Shown one piece after another: positions 1-9,604 of a stretch of 64,000 nucleotides of DNA (position 1 is the first letter of the stretch; each line of letters opens with the position of its first letter). The stretch covers positions 626,420 to 690,419 of the forward strand of contig CAWGJT010000010.1 of the NCBI GenBank assembly GCA_963822965.1. Direction: 5' to 3'. A program made the position numbers and the translations under genes. This DNA is from an uncultured delta proteobacterium (GTDB lineage: Bacteria; Myxococcota_A; UBA9160; UBA4427). The notes beneath the pieces were generated by a model. It was given only the letters and a program-made list of their open reading frames with translations. It made no database searches and was not told where the DNA came from.

Positions 1-1644
1 GTGGTCTCTCGGGGCGGTGACCGCACCGCCATCCGCTTCGAGGGCGGCGATCTCTCGTACGCGGAGCTCGGCGCCCGGGCCCGGGCCCTGGCGAAGGGTC
101 TCGTGGCGGCGGGCGTCGCCAAGGGCGCGCGGGTGGGCGTGTGGATGGCGAACCGCCCCGAGTGGGTGGTCGCGTCCTTTGCGGTGGGGCTGGTGGGCGG
201 CGTGCTCATCCCGGTCAACACCTTCGCCACGCCGGACGAGCGCGAGTACATCCTTCGACACAGCGACGCGTCGATCCTGCTGCTACAGCAGCGGCTTCTC
301 GGCCGCGACCTGCTGGAGGAGCTGCGGACGAGTCATCCGGAGCTGTCCCGGGCCACGCCGGGGGCCCTGCGGCTGCCGGAGCTGCCGGCCCTGCGCGGTG
401 TGGTGGTGCTCGGCGGCGCCGCGGACGGCGCCGTCTGGTCGTGGGACGATTTCATGGCCGCGGGGCAGGGCGTCTCCGACGCATTGCTCGACGCCCTGGC
501 CGCCGAGGTGACCCCCGCGGACGACGGGGTCGTGATCTACACGTCCGGCACCACCGCCCATCCCAAGGGCGTGCTCCACTTCCAGCGGGCCCCGGTGATC
601 CAGAGCTGGCGCTTCGCCGAGTACATGGCGCTCGAGCCCGATGACGTGGTGTGGACCGCGCAGCCCTTCTTCTGGACCGCCGGCATGACCATGTCCCTGG
701 GCGCCACCCTGGCCGCGGGCGCCCGGCTGGTGCTGCAGGAGACCTTCGAGCCCGAGGCGGCCCTGGCGCTGATCGAGCGCGAGCGCGCCACCACGCTCCA
801 CGCCTGGCCCCACCAGGAGAAGGCGCTGGCCGAGCACCCGAAGCTCGCGGAGACCGACCTCTCGCGGGTGCGGAAGATCGAGTTCTCGTCGCCGCTGCGG
901 GCGGCGGCCGGCATCGAGAAGAACGTCTGGGGCACCTACGGTTCGTACGGCCTCACCGAGACCTTCACCCTGGCCGCCGCGCTCCCGGCAAGCGCGCCGG
1001 CCGAGCTGCGGCGCGACACCAGCGGCGTTCCGCTGCCCGGCATGTCGATCCGCATCGTCGACCCGGAGACGGGAGCCGTGCTCGCCGGGGGCGAGAAGGG
1101 TGAGATCACCGTCAGGGGCGTCACCCTCATGCGCGGCTACTACAAGGTCGATCCCGAGAGTACCTTCGACGCCGACGGCTACTTCCACACCCAGGACGGC
1201 GGCTGGCTCGACGCCGACGGCTACCTGCACTGGACGGGACGCCTCTCGAACCTGATCAAGACGGGCGGCGCCAACGTGTCGCCGCTGGAGATCGAGAAGG
1301 CGCTGCCGAAGAGCCCGGACATCCGGGTGGGGCTCGCGGTGGGCGTTCCGCATCCCGCCCTGGGCGAGGCCATCGTGGTGTGTGCGGTTCGCGCAGAAGG
1401 CGCGTCCTTCGACGAGCCCGCACGCGAGGCGGAGATTCGCGAGGCCCTGCGCGGCCGCGTCGCCGCCTACAAGGTGCCGCGGCGCGTGCTCTTCTTCGAC
1501 GCGGACGAGCTCGACTACACGGCCAACCAGAAGATCCAGGTGGGCTCCCTGCGCGAGGCCGCGCTGGCGCGCCTGCAGCGCGACGGCGCCGTCATCCAGG
1601 GGGTGTCCTACGGGCGACCCGCCGGAGAGGGGGAGCAGCAATGA
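1..1644 (+). CDS. AMP-dependent acyl-CoA synthetase/ligase (N-terminus probably cut by window edge)
   Basis: ORF 1..1644. AMP-binding signature YTSGTTAHPKGV, plus GYYK..DGYFHTQDGGW and KTGGANVSP motifs. Stop overlaps the next start (ATGA). Confidence 0.9.
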   Translation: MVSRGGDRTAIRFEGGDLSYAELGARARALAKGLVAAGVAKGARVGVWMANRPEWVVASFAVGLVGGVLIPVNTFATPDEREYILRHSDASILLLQQRLLGRDLLEELRTSHPELSRATPGALRLPELPALRGVVVLGGAADGAVWSWDDFMAAGQGVSDALLDALAAEVTPADDGVVIYTSGTTAHPKGVLHFQRAPVIQSWRFAEYMALEPDDVVWTAQPFFWTAGMTMSLGATLAAGARLVLQETFEPEAALALIERERATTLHAWPHQEKALAEHPKLAETDLSRVRKIEFSSPLRAAAGIEKNVWGTYGSYGLTETFTLAAALPASAPAELRRDTSGVPLPGMSIRIVDPETGAVLAGGEKGEITVRGVTLMRGYYKVDPESTFDADGYFHTQDGGWLDADGYLHWTGRLSNLIKTGGANVSPLEIEKALPKSPDIRVGLAVGVPHPALGEAIVVCAVRAEGASFDEPAREAEIREALRGRVAAYKVPRRVLFFDADELDYTANQKIQVGSLREAALARLQRDGAVIQGVSYGRPAGEGEQQ

Positions 1645-2699
1645 CGGCGGGTGGCATTCCCGCGACCATGCGCGCGCTGATGTACCGTGCGCCGCGCAGG
1701 GTCGAGGTGGTGGAGCACCCGGTGGCGCCTCTGGGTCCCGAAGACGTGCTCCTGGCGGTGAGTCACTGCGGCATCTGCGGCACCGATCTGCACACGGTGC
1801 TCGAGGGCATGTCGCGCCCGGACGTGATCGGCGGCCACGAGTGGTCGGGTCGCGTGGCGGCGGTGGGCGCGGGCGTGGTGGGCTGGAAGATCGGCGACCC
1901 GGCGCTGCCGCGACCGTCGCCGGGCTGTGGCGAGTGTCTTGCATGCCGGGCGGGGCGCCCCAGCGTGTGCGCGCAGCGCGGCACCATCGGCGACGGCGTG
2001 CACGGGCCGAACGGCGCGTTCGCGGAGTACGTGCGGGTGTCCGCCGCGGAGCTGCTGCGCGTGCCCGAGGGGCTCTCGCTGCGCGAGGCGGCCCTCGCCG
2101 AGCCGCTGGCGGTGGCGCTCCACGGCATCACGCTCTCGGGTGCTGCACCCGGCGACCGGGTGCTCGTCACGGGCGCCGGGCCCATCGGCATGCTCACCGT
2201 GGCGGGTCTGCGCGCCCTCGGCATCGACGACGTCACGGTGTGCGAGCCCGGCGATCGGCGCCGGCAGCGCGCCCTCGAGGTGGGGGCAAGCATGGGCTGC
2301 GTGCCCGAGGATCTCGAGACCCCCGTCATGCCGTTCACCCTCGTGGACGCGCCCTTCGACGTGGCCCTCGAGTGCTCGGGCAACCCGAAAGCCATGGAGG
2401 CGGCGCTCGGTCAGCTCCGCAGCCTGGGGCACCTCGTGCTGGTGGGAACCGGCATGCGCCGGCCCAGGCTCGACCACAACCGCATCCTGCTGAACGAGCT
2501 CGTGGTGACGGGCGCCTTCTGCTACGACGCCGACGGCGTCGAGCGTGCGCTCGAGCTTCTCGCGAGCGGCAGGCTCCCGACCGAGCGACTGATCGAGCCC
2601 GACGACGTGCCCCTCGAAGGCATGCTCGAGGCCGCGGAGCGCTGCGCGTCCGGCGAGATTGCCGGCAAGGTGATGATCGTGCCGCACCCGCCGGCCTGA
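1641..2699 (+). CDS. Zn-dependent alcohol dehydrogenase (MDR superfamily)
   Basis: In-frame ATG at 1641 inside ORF 1380..2699. Motifs HCGICGTDLH, GHEWSG and GCGECLACRAG (structural Zn Cys cluster). The upstream part of the ORF is Arg/Pro-rich shadow sequence. Confidence 0.85.
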   Translation: MTAGGIPATMRALMYRAPRRVEVVEHPVAPLGPEDVLLAVSHCGICGTDLHTVLEGMSRPDVIGGHEWSGRVAAVGAGVVGWKIGDPALPRPSPGCGECLACRAGRPSVCAQRGTIGDGVHGPNGAFAEYVRVSAAELLRVPEGLSLREAALAEPLAVALHGITLSGAAPGDRVLVTGAGPIGMLTVAGLRALGIDDVTVCEPGDRRRQRALEVGASMGCVPEDLETPVMPFTLVDAPFDVALECSGNPKAMEAALGQLRSLGHLVLVGTGMRRPRLDHNRILLNELVVTGAFCYDADGVERALELLASGRLPTERLIEPDDVPLEGMLEAAERCASGEIAGKVMIVPHPPA

Positions 2700-2730
2700 G
2701 GGCCCGCACCGGAGCGGGGAGGAGGACCCC

Positions 2731-3195
2731 ATGACCGCCGCCACCGAATCGATTCCGCGCTTCAACCACGTGGCGCTCTCGGTCCCGAAGGAGCTCGTCT
2801 CGGGCGACGGCGCCCGGGACCTGCTGCGCTTCTATGAAGAGGTGTTCGGCTGGGGCGCCATGCCGACGATGGTGAAGGAGGGCGAGCTGCTGGTGCTGCG
2901 CGTCCACAGCAACGAGCAGTTCGTCTATCTGCACGCCTCGGAGCATCCCCTCACCTGCCCGAAGGAGGATCACTTCGGGCTGCAGGTGGCCACGCCCGAA
3001 GCCCTCGACGCGGTGGTGGATCGCGCCCGCAAGTTCCGGGCCCGGGACGCCCGCGTCGAGATCAGCGACCGGCTCGCCGAGGACTTCCAGGTCCTGACGC
3101 TCCACAGCGTCTACATCCGCTACCTGCTGCCCATGCGCATCGAGCTGCAGTGCTTCGACTGGGCGGACGGCTTCGACGCGGGACGAACCGCGTGA
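2731..3195 (+). CDS. VOC/glyoxalase-family protein
   Basis: ORF 2731..3195. Strong RBS GGAGGAGG upstream. FNHVALSV..FYEEVFGW.. pattern typical of glyoxalase/bleomycin-resistance/dioxygenase folds. Confidence 0.7.
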   Translation: MTAATESIPRFNHVALSVPKELVSGDGARDLLRFYEEVFGWGAMPTMVKEGELLVLRVHSNEQFVYLHASEHPLTCPKEDHFGLQVATPEALDAVVDRARKFRARDARVEISDRLAEDFQVLTLHSVYIRYLLPMRIELQCFDWADGFDAGRTA

Positions 3196-3295
3196 GGCGC
3201 GAGGAGCCGAGGCAGTGTGTCAGCTCGGCTGCGGGCCGCTGGGCCGACGGCCATCGGGCCGACACCAAGGTCGCCAGGTGATAGATTCGTCGGCC

Positions 3296-5749
3296 ATGCT
3301 TTCGCCGTACCGGGTGCTGGATCTCACCGACGAGCGCGGGTTCCTGGCGGGGAAGATTCTCGGGGAGCTCGGCGCCGACGTCGTCAAGGTGGAGCCGCCG
3401 GGGGGAGATCCGGCGCGCCGGCTGCCGCCCTTCCTGCACGGCGAGCCGGGGGGCGAACGGTCGCTGCGCTGGCTGGCGATGAACACCAGCAAGCGCGGCA
3501 TCGTGGTGGACCTCGAGACCGAGCCGGGGCGGCGGCGCCTGCTGCAGCTCGCCGCCGAGGCGGACGTGCTCGTCGAGTCGGCGGCGCCGGGCACGATGGA
3601 GGCGCTCGGCGTGGGCTGGGAGGCCCTCCACGAGCGCAACCCCGGGCTCGTCTACTGCGCGATCACGCCGTTCGGCCGGACGGGCCCGTACGCGGGCTAC
3701 CGCGCCCACGACCTGGCGGTGGTGGCGATGGGTGGCAACGCGGGGATGACGGGCGCGCCGGACGGCCCGCCCACCCGCTGCAGCGCGCCCACCGCCTGGC
3801 TGCACGCCGCGCCGGAGGCCGTGCTCGGCATCGCGATGGCCCTGTACGCGCGGGCGCGCACCGGGCGCGGGCAGCTCGTCGACGTCTCGATGCAGGAGTG
3901 CCAGCTGCGCAGCCTGCTCTCGGCGCCCGGGCAGTACGCGCTCACGGGCCGGCTCGGGCGCCGCAGCGGCGGGCGCGTGGGCCGCACCCGGGAGATCTGG
4001 CGCGCGAAGGACGGTCAGGTCTCGTTCGGGCTGCGGGGCGGTCCCACGCGCATCCCGAACCTCGTCGCCACCGTCGAGTACATGGGCGAGAGCGGGATGG
4101 CGCCGGAGTGGCTCCGCGACTACGACTGGAAGAGCTACAGCGCGCTCACCGTCTCCGACGAGGAGCTGGCGCGCATCGAGGGCGCCTTCGGGGCGTTCTT
4201 CGCCACCAAGACGATGGGCGAGCTCTACGAGGAGGCCCTGCGGCGTCGCATCCTGCTGGCGCCGTGCAACGACGCGCGCGAGATCCTGCGGCAGGCGCAG
4301 CTCCGCAGCCGCGAGCTCTTCCGTGAGATCGACTATCCGCATCTCGGCCCCGAGCCGGGGGCGAAGATCGAGCATCCGGACTTCTTCGCCAAGGCGAGCC
4401 GCAGCCGTATCGGCATCCGCTGCCGGGCGCCGCGTCTCGGCGAGCACGAGGCCGCGCCCTGGGCCCGGCCCCGCTCGCCGGAAGCCCTCGCCCGGGTGGA
4501 CGAGACGCCGGCGGACGGTGCGCCGGTCTTCCAGGGGCTCTTCCAGGGGTTGCGGATGCTCGAGCTGGGCGCGGGTGCGGCGGGGCCCGTGGCCACGAAG
4601 TTCTTCGCCGAGCACGGGGCCCGGGTGATCCGCATCGAGTCGGGGGTGCGGCCCGACTTCCTGCGGCTCCTGCACGTCACCGCCGAGAACCGGTACGAGC
4701 CCGACGTGCTCGAGCGGGCGCCGATGTTCGTGCTGCTGAACCCCGACAAGCAGAGCCTCACGCTGAACCTGAAGGAGCCCGAGGCCGTCGAGATCGTGAA
4801 GCGGCTCGCCCGCTGGGCGGACGTGGTGAGCGAGAACTTCGCGCCCGGCGTGATGGCGAAGTGGGGGCTCGACGCGGAGGCCCTGCGCGCCGAGAACCCG
4901 CGGCTCGTGGCGGTCTCCGGCTGCCTCTTCGGGCAGACCGGACCCCAGCGGGCCTATCCGGGCTTCGGCGGCCAGGGCTCGGCGATCGCGGGCTTCAACT
5001 ACCTGACGGGCACGCCCGAAGGCGATGCCCACGGCCCGTACTCCACCATCACGGACTCGCTCACGCCGCCCTACGTGGCGGCCGCCATCGCGGCGGCGCT
5101 CCTCGAGCGCGATCGCAGCGGACAGGGCCAGTCCATCGACGTCTCCCAGATCGAGGCGGGGGTGTACAGCCTGTCCCAGGCGATCGTGCGCTTCAGCGCG
5201 AACGGCGAGGTGGAGGGCCGGCGCGGCAACCGCGACGAGATCGCGGTGCCCCACGGCGTGTATCCCTGTGCGGGGGACGACCGCTGGGTCGCCGTCGCGG
5301 TGTGGGACGACGCCGACTGGCAGCGTCTGGTGGACGCCATGGGGCGCCCGGACTGGGCGAGCGAGCCGCGCTTCGCCACCGCCGCGGGCCGCCGCGCCGC
5401 CGAGGACGAGATCGACGCGGGGATCGCCGACTTCACCCGCCGCTCCGAGCCCCACGCGCTGATGCGCGAGCTGCAGGCGGCCGGGGTGGAGGCCGGGGCG
5501 GTGCAGACCTTCGCCGACCTGCAGGAGGACCCACAGCTCGCGAGCCGGGATCACTTCGTGGACGTCCGCCACGCGCACCTGGGCGAGGTGCGCCTCGAGC
5601 GCTGCGGCCTGCGGCTCTCCGAGAGTCCGGGGCGCATCGAAAGGCCGGGCCCGCTGCTGGGCGAGCACAACCGCGACGTGCTCGAAGGCATCCTGGGCCT
5701 GGAGCCGGACGAGGTGGACCGTCTCGTGGAGCGTGGCGTCGTCGCATAG
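3296..5749 (+). CDS. Tandem (duplicated) family III CoA-transferase, CaiB/BaiF type, 817 aa
   Basis: ATG 3296 inside ORF 3215..5749. Two modules each open with the family pattern (YRVLDLTDERGFLAGKILGELGADVVKVE and LRMLELGAGAAGPVATKFFAEHGARVIRIE). Each ends with a GEHN/GEHE-type tail. Confidence 0.85.
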   Translation: MLSPYRVLDLTDERGFLAGKILGELGADVVKVEPPGGDPARRLPPFLHGEPGGERSLRWLAMNTSKRGIVVDLETEPGRRRLLQLAAEADVLVESAAPGTMEALGVGWEALHERNPGLVYCAITPFGRTGPYAGYRAHDLAVVAMGGNAGMTGAPDGPPTRCSAPTAWLHAAPEAVLGIAMALYARARTGRGQLVDVSMQECQLRSLLSAPGQYALTGRLGRRSGGRVGRTREIWRAKDGQVSFGLRGGPTRIPNLVATVEYMGESGMAPEWLRDYDWKSYSALTVSDEELARIEGAFGAFFATKTMGELYEEALRRRILLAPCNDAREILRQAQLRSRELFREIDYPHLGPEPGAKIEHPDFFAKASRSRIGIRCRAPRLGEHEAAPWARPRSPEALARVDETPADGAPVFQGLFQGLRMLELGAGAAGPVATKFFAEHGARVIRIESGVRPDFLRLLHVTAENRYEPDVLERAPMFVLLNPDKQSLTLNLKEPEAVEIVKRLARWADVVSENFAPGVMAKWGLDAEALRAENPRLVAVSGCLFGQTGPQRAYPGFGGQGSAIAGFNYLTGTPEGDAHGPYSTITDSLTPPYVAAAIAAALLERDRSGQGQSIDVSQIEAGVYSLSQAIVRFSANGEVEGRRGNRDEIAVPHGVYPCAGDDRWVAVAVWDDADWQRLVDAMGRPDWASEPRFATAAGRRAAEDEIDAGIADFTRRSEPHALMRELQAAGVEAGAVQTFADLQEDPQLASRDHFVDVRHAHLGEVRLERCGLRLSESPGRIERPGPLLGEHNRDVLEGILGLEPDEVDRLVERGVVA

Positions 5750-5792
5750 ACGGCGAATCCTCCGGATTCGCGGGGAGCGGGGAAGGGGAGCG

Positions 5793-6293
5793 CTACCCCG
5801 ACGGCGCGACGAGATCCGGCCGGTACTCCGGGTGGTCGCTCAGCCACTGGGACAACGCCCGCATGGACTCCTCGTTCTGCTTGTTGATGAAGCGGTAGAT
5901 CGAGGCCTCGAACCACCTCCAGGGCGCCTTCGTCAGGTGGTAGCGCTCCTCGAAGTGGAGCCGGGTGCGGTCCGGCGCGAGAGGCTCGAGGCGCACCCGT
6001 CCCGTCTGGTCGTTGCCCGGCTCGCGGGAGATCATCGTGTAGGTGTAGCCGCGGTCGGGAACCACGTCGGTCACCAGCTCGAGGGCCGCACCGCGCCGCC
6101 CGAAAGGCAGGGGATAGATCACGCGCCGCAGCAGGCCGTTTCCTCCTGCGTCACCCGGGTGCAGCACCTCGACCGCCAGCACCATGGGCGCGTAGTCCGG
6201 CCAGCGGTCGTAGTCCTGCATGAGCGCCCACAGGCGCTCCGCGGGGTGCGGAAAGTCCAGCGAATAGCGGTGCTCGCGCACGCCGGCGAGCAT
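5793..6293 (-). CDS. SRPBCC (START/polyketide-cyclase-like) ligand-binding protein
   Basis: ORF 5793..6293 with ATG start. About 165 aa, with W..DYDRWPDY and a C-terminal helix typical of the SRPBCC fold. Divergent from the P450 gene. Confidence 0.65.
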   Translation of the reverse strand: MLAGVREHRYSLDFPHPAERLWALMQDYDRWPDYAPMVLAVEVLHPGDAGGNGLLRRVIYPLPFGRRGAALELVTDVVPDRGYTYTMISREPGNDQTGRVRLEPLAPDRTRLHFEERYHLTKAPWRWFEASIYRFINKQNEESMRALSQWLSDHPEYRPDLVAPSG

Positions 6294-6346
6294 ATGGACC
6301 GCGGCGCGCCCCTGCTACCCTGCCGCCGCGCCCCGGGAGAGCCCCC

Positions 6347-7570
6347 ATGAGCGAGCCCTTCACGTTCAACCCCATCGATCCCCGGGTTCGTCGCGACCCC
6401 TACGCGCTCTACGCGCGCGGGCGGCGCGAGCTCCCGGCCTTCGTCCACGAGGGGCTGCCCGTCAAGCTCACCTCGATCTTCCGCTATGCGGACTGCCAGG
6501 CGGTGCTGCGCGACACCGAAGGCTTCTCGAACGACTTCAGCCAGGCGCGCATGGTGCCCCCCGAGATCGAGGCCCTGGGCGAGGTGGGGCCGCCGAGCAT
6601 GCTGGGCACCGACCCGCCCGTGCACACGCGCCTCCGGAGCCTCGTCAACAAGGCCTTCACGCCGCGCATCGTGCGCAAGCTCGAGCCGCGGCTGCGCGAG
6701 GTGGCGCACGCGCTGCTGGACGAGGCCCTCGAGGCGGGGGAGGTGGACCTGGTCGAGGCGCTCACGTACCCGCTGCCGGTGACCGCCATCGCCGAGATCA
6801 TCGGGGTGCCCCTGGCCGACCGCGAGCAGTTCAAGCTGTGGTCCGACCAGGCGGTGGCGAGCCTCGGGGTGGGCTTCTTCGCGCCGCCCTCCGTCGAGCA
6901 GGTGAAGCGGCAGGTGGCCCTCATCCAGGAGATGCACGGCTACTTCGTGCCGCTGGCCGAAGAGCGCCGCCGCCATCCCCAGGACGACCTGCTGACCGGG
7001 CTCGTGCAGGCCGAGCACGAGGGCTCGCACCTGGGACAGGACGAGATGCTGGCCATGCTCGTGCTGCTGCTGGTGGCGGGCAACGAGACGACGACCACGC
7101 TCATCGGCAACAGCGTGCTCGAGCTGCTGGCCCACCCGGGCGAGCTGAAGCGCCTGCGGGAAGATACCGGGCTCCTGCCCACCGCCATCGACGAGGTGCT
7201 GCGCTTCTCGTCCCCGGTGCAGTTCGATCCGCGCCGGGTGACCGCGCCGACCGAGATCGCCGGGGTGCCGCTGGCCGAGAACGACCTGGTCCTGTGTTGG
7301 CTCGGCTCGGCGAACCGTGACGAGCGCGTGTTCGATCGCGCGGACGTCTTCGACGTGGGCCGCGCGAAGAACCCGCACCTGGCCTTCGGCTTCGGCACCC
7401 ACCACTGCCTGGGTCACAACCTGGCGCGGCTGGAGACCCGGGTGGCCCTGGAGGTGCTGCTGGAGCGAGCGGGCCACATCGAGCGGAGCGACGACGCGGA
7501 GCTGCCCCTGCACCCGAGCCCCGTCTTCAAGGCGGTGTCGAAGCTGCCCGTACGGCTGCGGGCGAGCTGA
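6347..7570 (+). CDS. Cytochrome P450 monooxygenase
   Basis: ORF 6347..7570. Heme-thiolate loop FGFGTHHCLGHNLA, I-helix LLLVAGNETTT, and an ExxR-like EVLRF. Confidence 0.95.
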   Translation: MSEPFTFNPIDPRVRRDPYALYARGRRELPAFVHEGLPVKLTSIFRYADCQAVLRDTEGFSNDFSQARMVPPEIEALGEVGPPSMLGTDPPVHTRLRSLVNKAFTPRIVRKLEPRLREVAHALLDEALEAGEVDLVEALTYPLPVTAIAEIIGVPLADREQFKLWSDQAVASLGVGFFAPPSVEQVKRQVALIQEMHGYFVPLAEERRRHPQDDLLTGLVQAEHEGSHLGQDEMLAMLVLLLVAGNETTTTLIGNSVLELLAHPGELKRLREDTGLLPTAIDEVLRFSSPVQFDPRRVTAPTEIAGVPLAENDLVLCWLGSANRDERVFDRADVFDVGRAKNPHLAFGFGTHHCLGHNLARLETRVALEVLLERAGHIERSDDAELPLHPSPVFKAVSKLPVRLRAS

Positions 7571-7602
7571 AGGGCAGCGTGCGAGGGCGGGGCGCGCCGG
7601 CG

Positions 7603-8388
7603 CTACTGCCAGCGGCCGCGAGCGCGGTCCCATCGCGGGGGCGTGGGGCGGCTCCGCCAGCCGTGGTAGGGGTGGCGGGCCACCAGCGCGCGCTTGCGAA
7701 AGACGAGCACCCCCAGCGCGCCCGCCGCGAAGCCGCCGACGTGGGCCCAGAACGCGACGCCTCCTCCCCCGCGGCCGAGGGAGAGCGCGCCGCCCACGAG
7801 CTGCACCACCAGCCAGTAGCCCAGCATGAAGTAGGCGGGCACGGCGACGCGGGTGACGTAGAAGCCGAGCCACAGCAGCATGTGCACCCACACCCGCGGA
7901 TACAGGACCACGTAGGCGCCCATCACGCCGCCGATGGCGCCGGAGGCGCCCACCATCGGCAGGCCCGACGCGGGGCTCGCCAGGATCTGGGTCCCTGCCG
8001 CCGCCAGGCCCGACAACAGATAGAAGACCCCGAATCGCACGTGGCCCATGGAGTCCTCGACGTTGCCGCCGAACAGGTAGAGGAACCACATGTTCCCGAT
8101 CAGATGCAGCCAGCCCCCATGCAGGAACATGTGGGTGAGGAGCGTGATCGGAGCCGGCTGCCCGCTCAGCACGCAGCGGAGCCCCTCGCCGAGCGGGGTC
8201 TCGTAGCCTGCGGGCAGTCGGCCCAGCAGCTCGCCCGGGACGAGCCCCAGCTGGCAGAGCGAGCGGAGGAGCGCCTGCTCGCTGCCGGCGCCCTGCAGGC
8301 CGAACCAGGCCAGCACGTTCAGGCCGATCAGCCCGAGAGTGACGACCGGCGCGAGGATCTGGGGGTTCTCGTCGCGGATGGGGAGCAA
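7603..8388 (-). CDS. Rhomboid-family intramembrane serine protease
   Basis: ORF 7603..8388 with a TTG start. Motifs HMFLHGGWLHLIGNM, the catalytic GASGAIGG, and the AHVGG histidine helix. Lies 21 nt downstream of the spherulin-4-like gene on the same strand. Confidence 0.9.
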   Translation of the reverse strand: MLPIRDENPQILAPVVTLGLIGLNVLAWFGLQGAGSEQALLRSLCQLGLVPGELLGRLPAGYETPLGEGLRCVLSGQPAPITLLTHMFLHGGWLHLIGNMWFLYLFGGNVEDSMGHVRFGVFYLLSGLAAAGTQILASPASGLPMVGASGAIGGVMGAYVVLYPRVWVHMLLWLGFYVTRVAVPAYFMLGYWLVVQLVGGALSLGRGGGGVAFWAHVGGFAAGALGVLVFRKRALVARHPYHGWRSRPTPPRWDRARGRWQ

Positions 8389-8409
8389 GGCGTCGTTCCG
8401 GCTCGGGGG

Positions 8410-9408
8410 TCAGCGGCTCGCGGCGGACGGCCCGGGCACCGGGGACCACGAGCCTCGGCGCGTGCGGCGGAGGCCGGCGTGGAAGGCGACGACGACGGCG
8501 ATCCCGAGCAGGACCCGAGCGAGCGGCGTCAGGGCGGGCAGCGCGGTCGGGACGAGGGCGGCCGCCTCGGCGGACCAGTAGCTCGCCAGGAAGTCGAAGG
8601 GGTTCGGCAGCACGTCGTCGGTGACGTACACGAAGCCGGCCTTGCGGGCCGCGGCGAGCTGCAGGTCCTGGAGCATGTCGGCGCTCGCCGGCTCGCTGTG
8701 CACGATGTGGGCGAAGTGATCGGCGCCCCGGGTGGCGAGCCAGCTGGGAGCCGTATAGCTCGTGCGGTATGCGGCTCCCGTGTTCTCGAACGTGACGATG
8801 GTGTCGACGGACCCCGCATAGTCGGCCACCGTGAATCCCGAGGTGCCGCCGCTGGTGTCCTGGGTGAAGGGCGTGCCGGGGTTGCCGAAGACCCGCGCGC
8901 CCGCGTCCTTCGACTTCACATACGCGGTGAGCGTCTGGTAGTAGCCGGTGCTCGCCAGGTCGTTGCTCATCTCGTCGAGGAAGATGCCTCGCACGAGCAC
9001 GCCGGCGCCCCGCCAGTAGGCCGGGTCGTAGTAGACGTCGATGTCGGCCTCCACCGCGGCGAGGGGGCGCGCGCCGAAGGTGGTGGCCACGTAGCCGTAG
9101 AGGCGGCCTCCGGCGGCGTCCAGGTCGACGGCGGGACCGACGCCCCCCACGTTCACGTAGTTGGGGTCGATGGGGGAGGTGCCCGGGCCGCTGGCCGGGT
9201 TGAGGATCGCGTGGATCGGCACGCTGCCCGACGCCGCCGAGGCGATGAGATCGGGCCACAGGGTGAGCCCGCCCGCGCAGCACGGGTTCGCGTAGGCGGG
9301 GACCAGCAGCGCGGGGCCGGCGGTCTGGGCCGCGGCCGGGCCCGCCAGCAGCAGGAGCCCTGCGCCGAGCAGGCTCGCGAGCGCGATCCGGGGGGCGTGG
9401 AGGCGCAT
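8410..9408 (-). CDS. Secreted spherulation-specific family 4 (spherulin-4 / GH135-like) protein with a C-terminal TM plus Arg-rich anchor
   Basis: ATG 9408 with GGAGG RBS, inside ORF 8410..9933. Signal peptide LLLLAGPAAAQT. Family pattern VPAYANP..W..L...ILNPASGPG..DPNY..GYV.T.FG.R..IDVYY..GIFLDEM. Tail LVPTALPALTPLARVLLGIAVVVAFHAGLRRTRR. Confidence 0.75.
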   Translation of the reverse strand: MRLHAPRIALASLLGAGLLLLAGPAAAQTAGPALLVPAYANPCCAGGLTLWPDLIASAASGSVPIHAILNPASGPGTSPIDPNYVNVGGVGPAVDLDAAGGRLYGYVATTFGARPLAAVEADIDVYYDPAYWRGAGVLVRGIFLDEMSNDLASTGYYQTLTAYVKSKDAGARVFGNPGTPFTQDTSGGTSGFTVADYAGSVDTIVTFENTGAAYRTSYTAPSWLATRGADHFAHIVHSEPASADMLQDLQLAAARKAGFVYVTDDVLPNPFDFLASYWSAEAAALVPTALPALTPLARVLLGIAVVVAFHAGLRRTRRGSWSPVPGPSAASR

Positions 9409-9604
9409 CGCGACGGACCTCCGGTTCGGGTGGGCGGACTCGGGGCTTCTCATGGGACCGCGGCCCACGATAGCCGAGGCGGCCGGCCGGTCCCCGGCGC
9501 CAGGGGCTTGGGTCCCGCTGCGCTCGTGGCCTCGGCGTGGCGCCTCTCCAATGGGGTGATCGAGGGCGTCCGGGGAATCCCGCAGCACAGGGAGTGCACT
9601 CGCG

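Noticed and set aside
7603-8388. The rhomboid as a rhombosortase acting on GlyGly-CTERM proteins.
   Set aside because: No GlyGly-CTERM tails occur in the window; the tails are PEP-CTERM or a degenerate variant. The protein is a full-length GlpG-like rhomboid, not the compact rhombosortase type.
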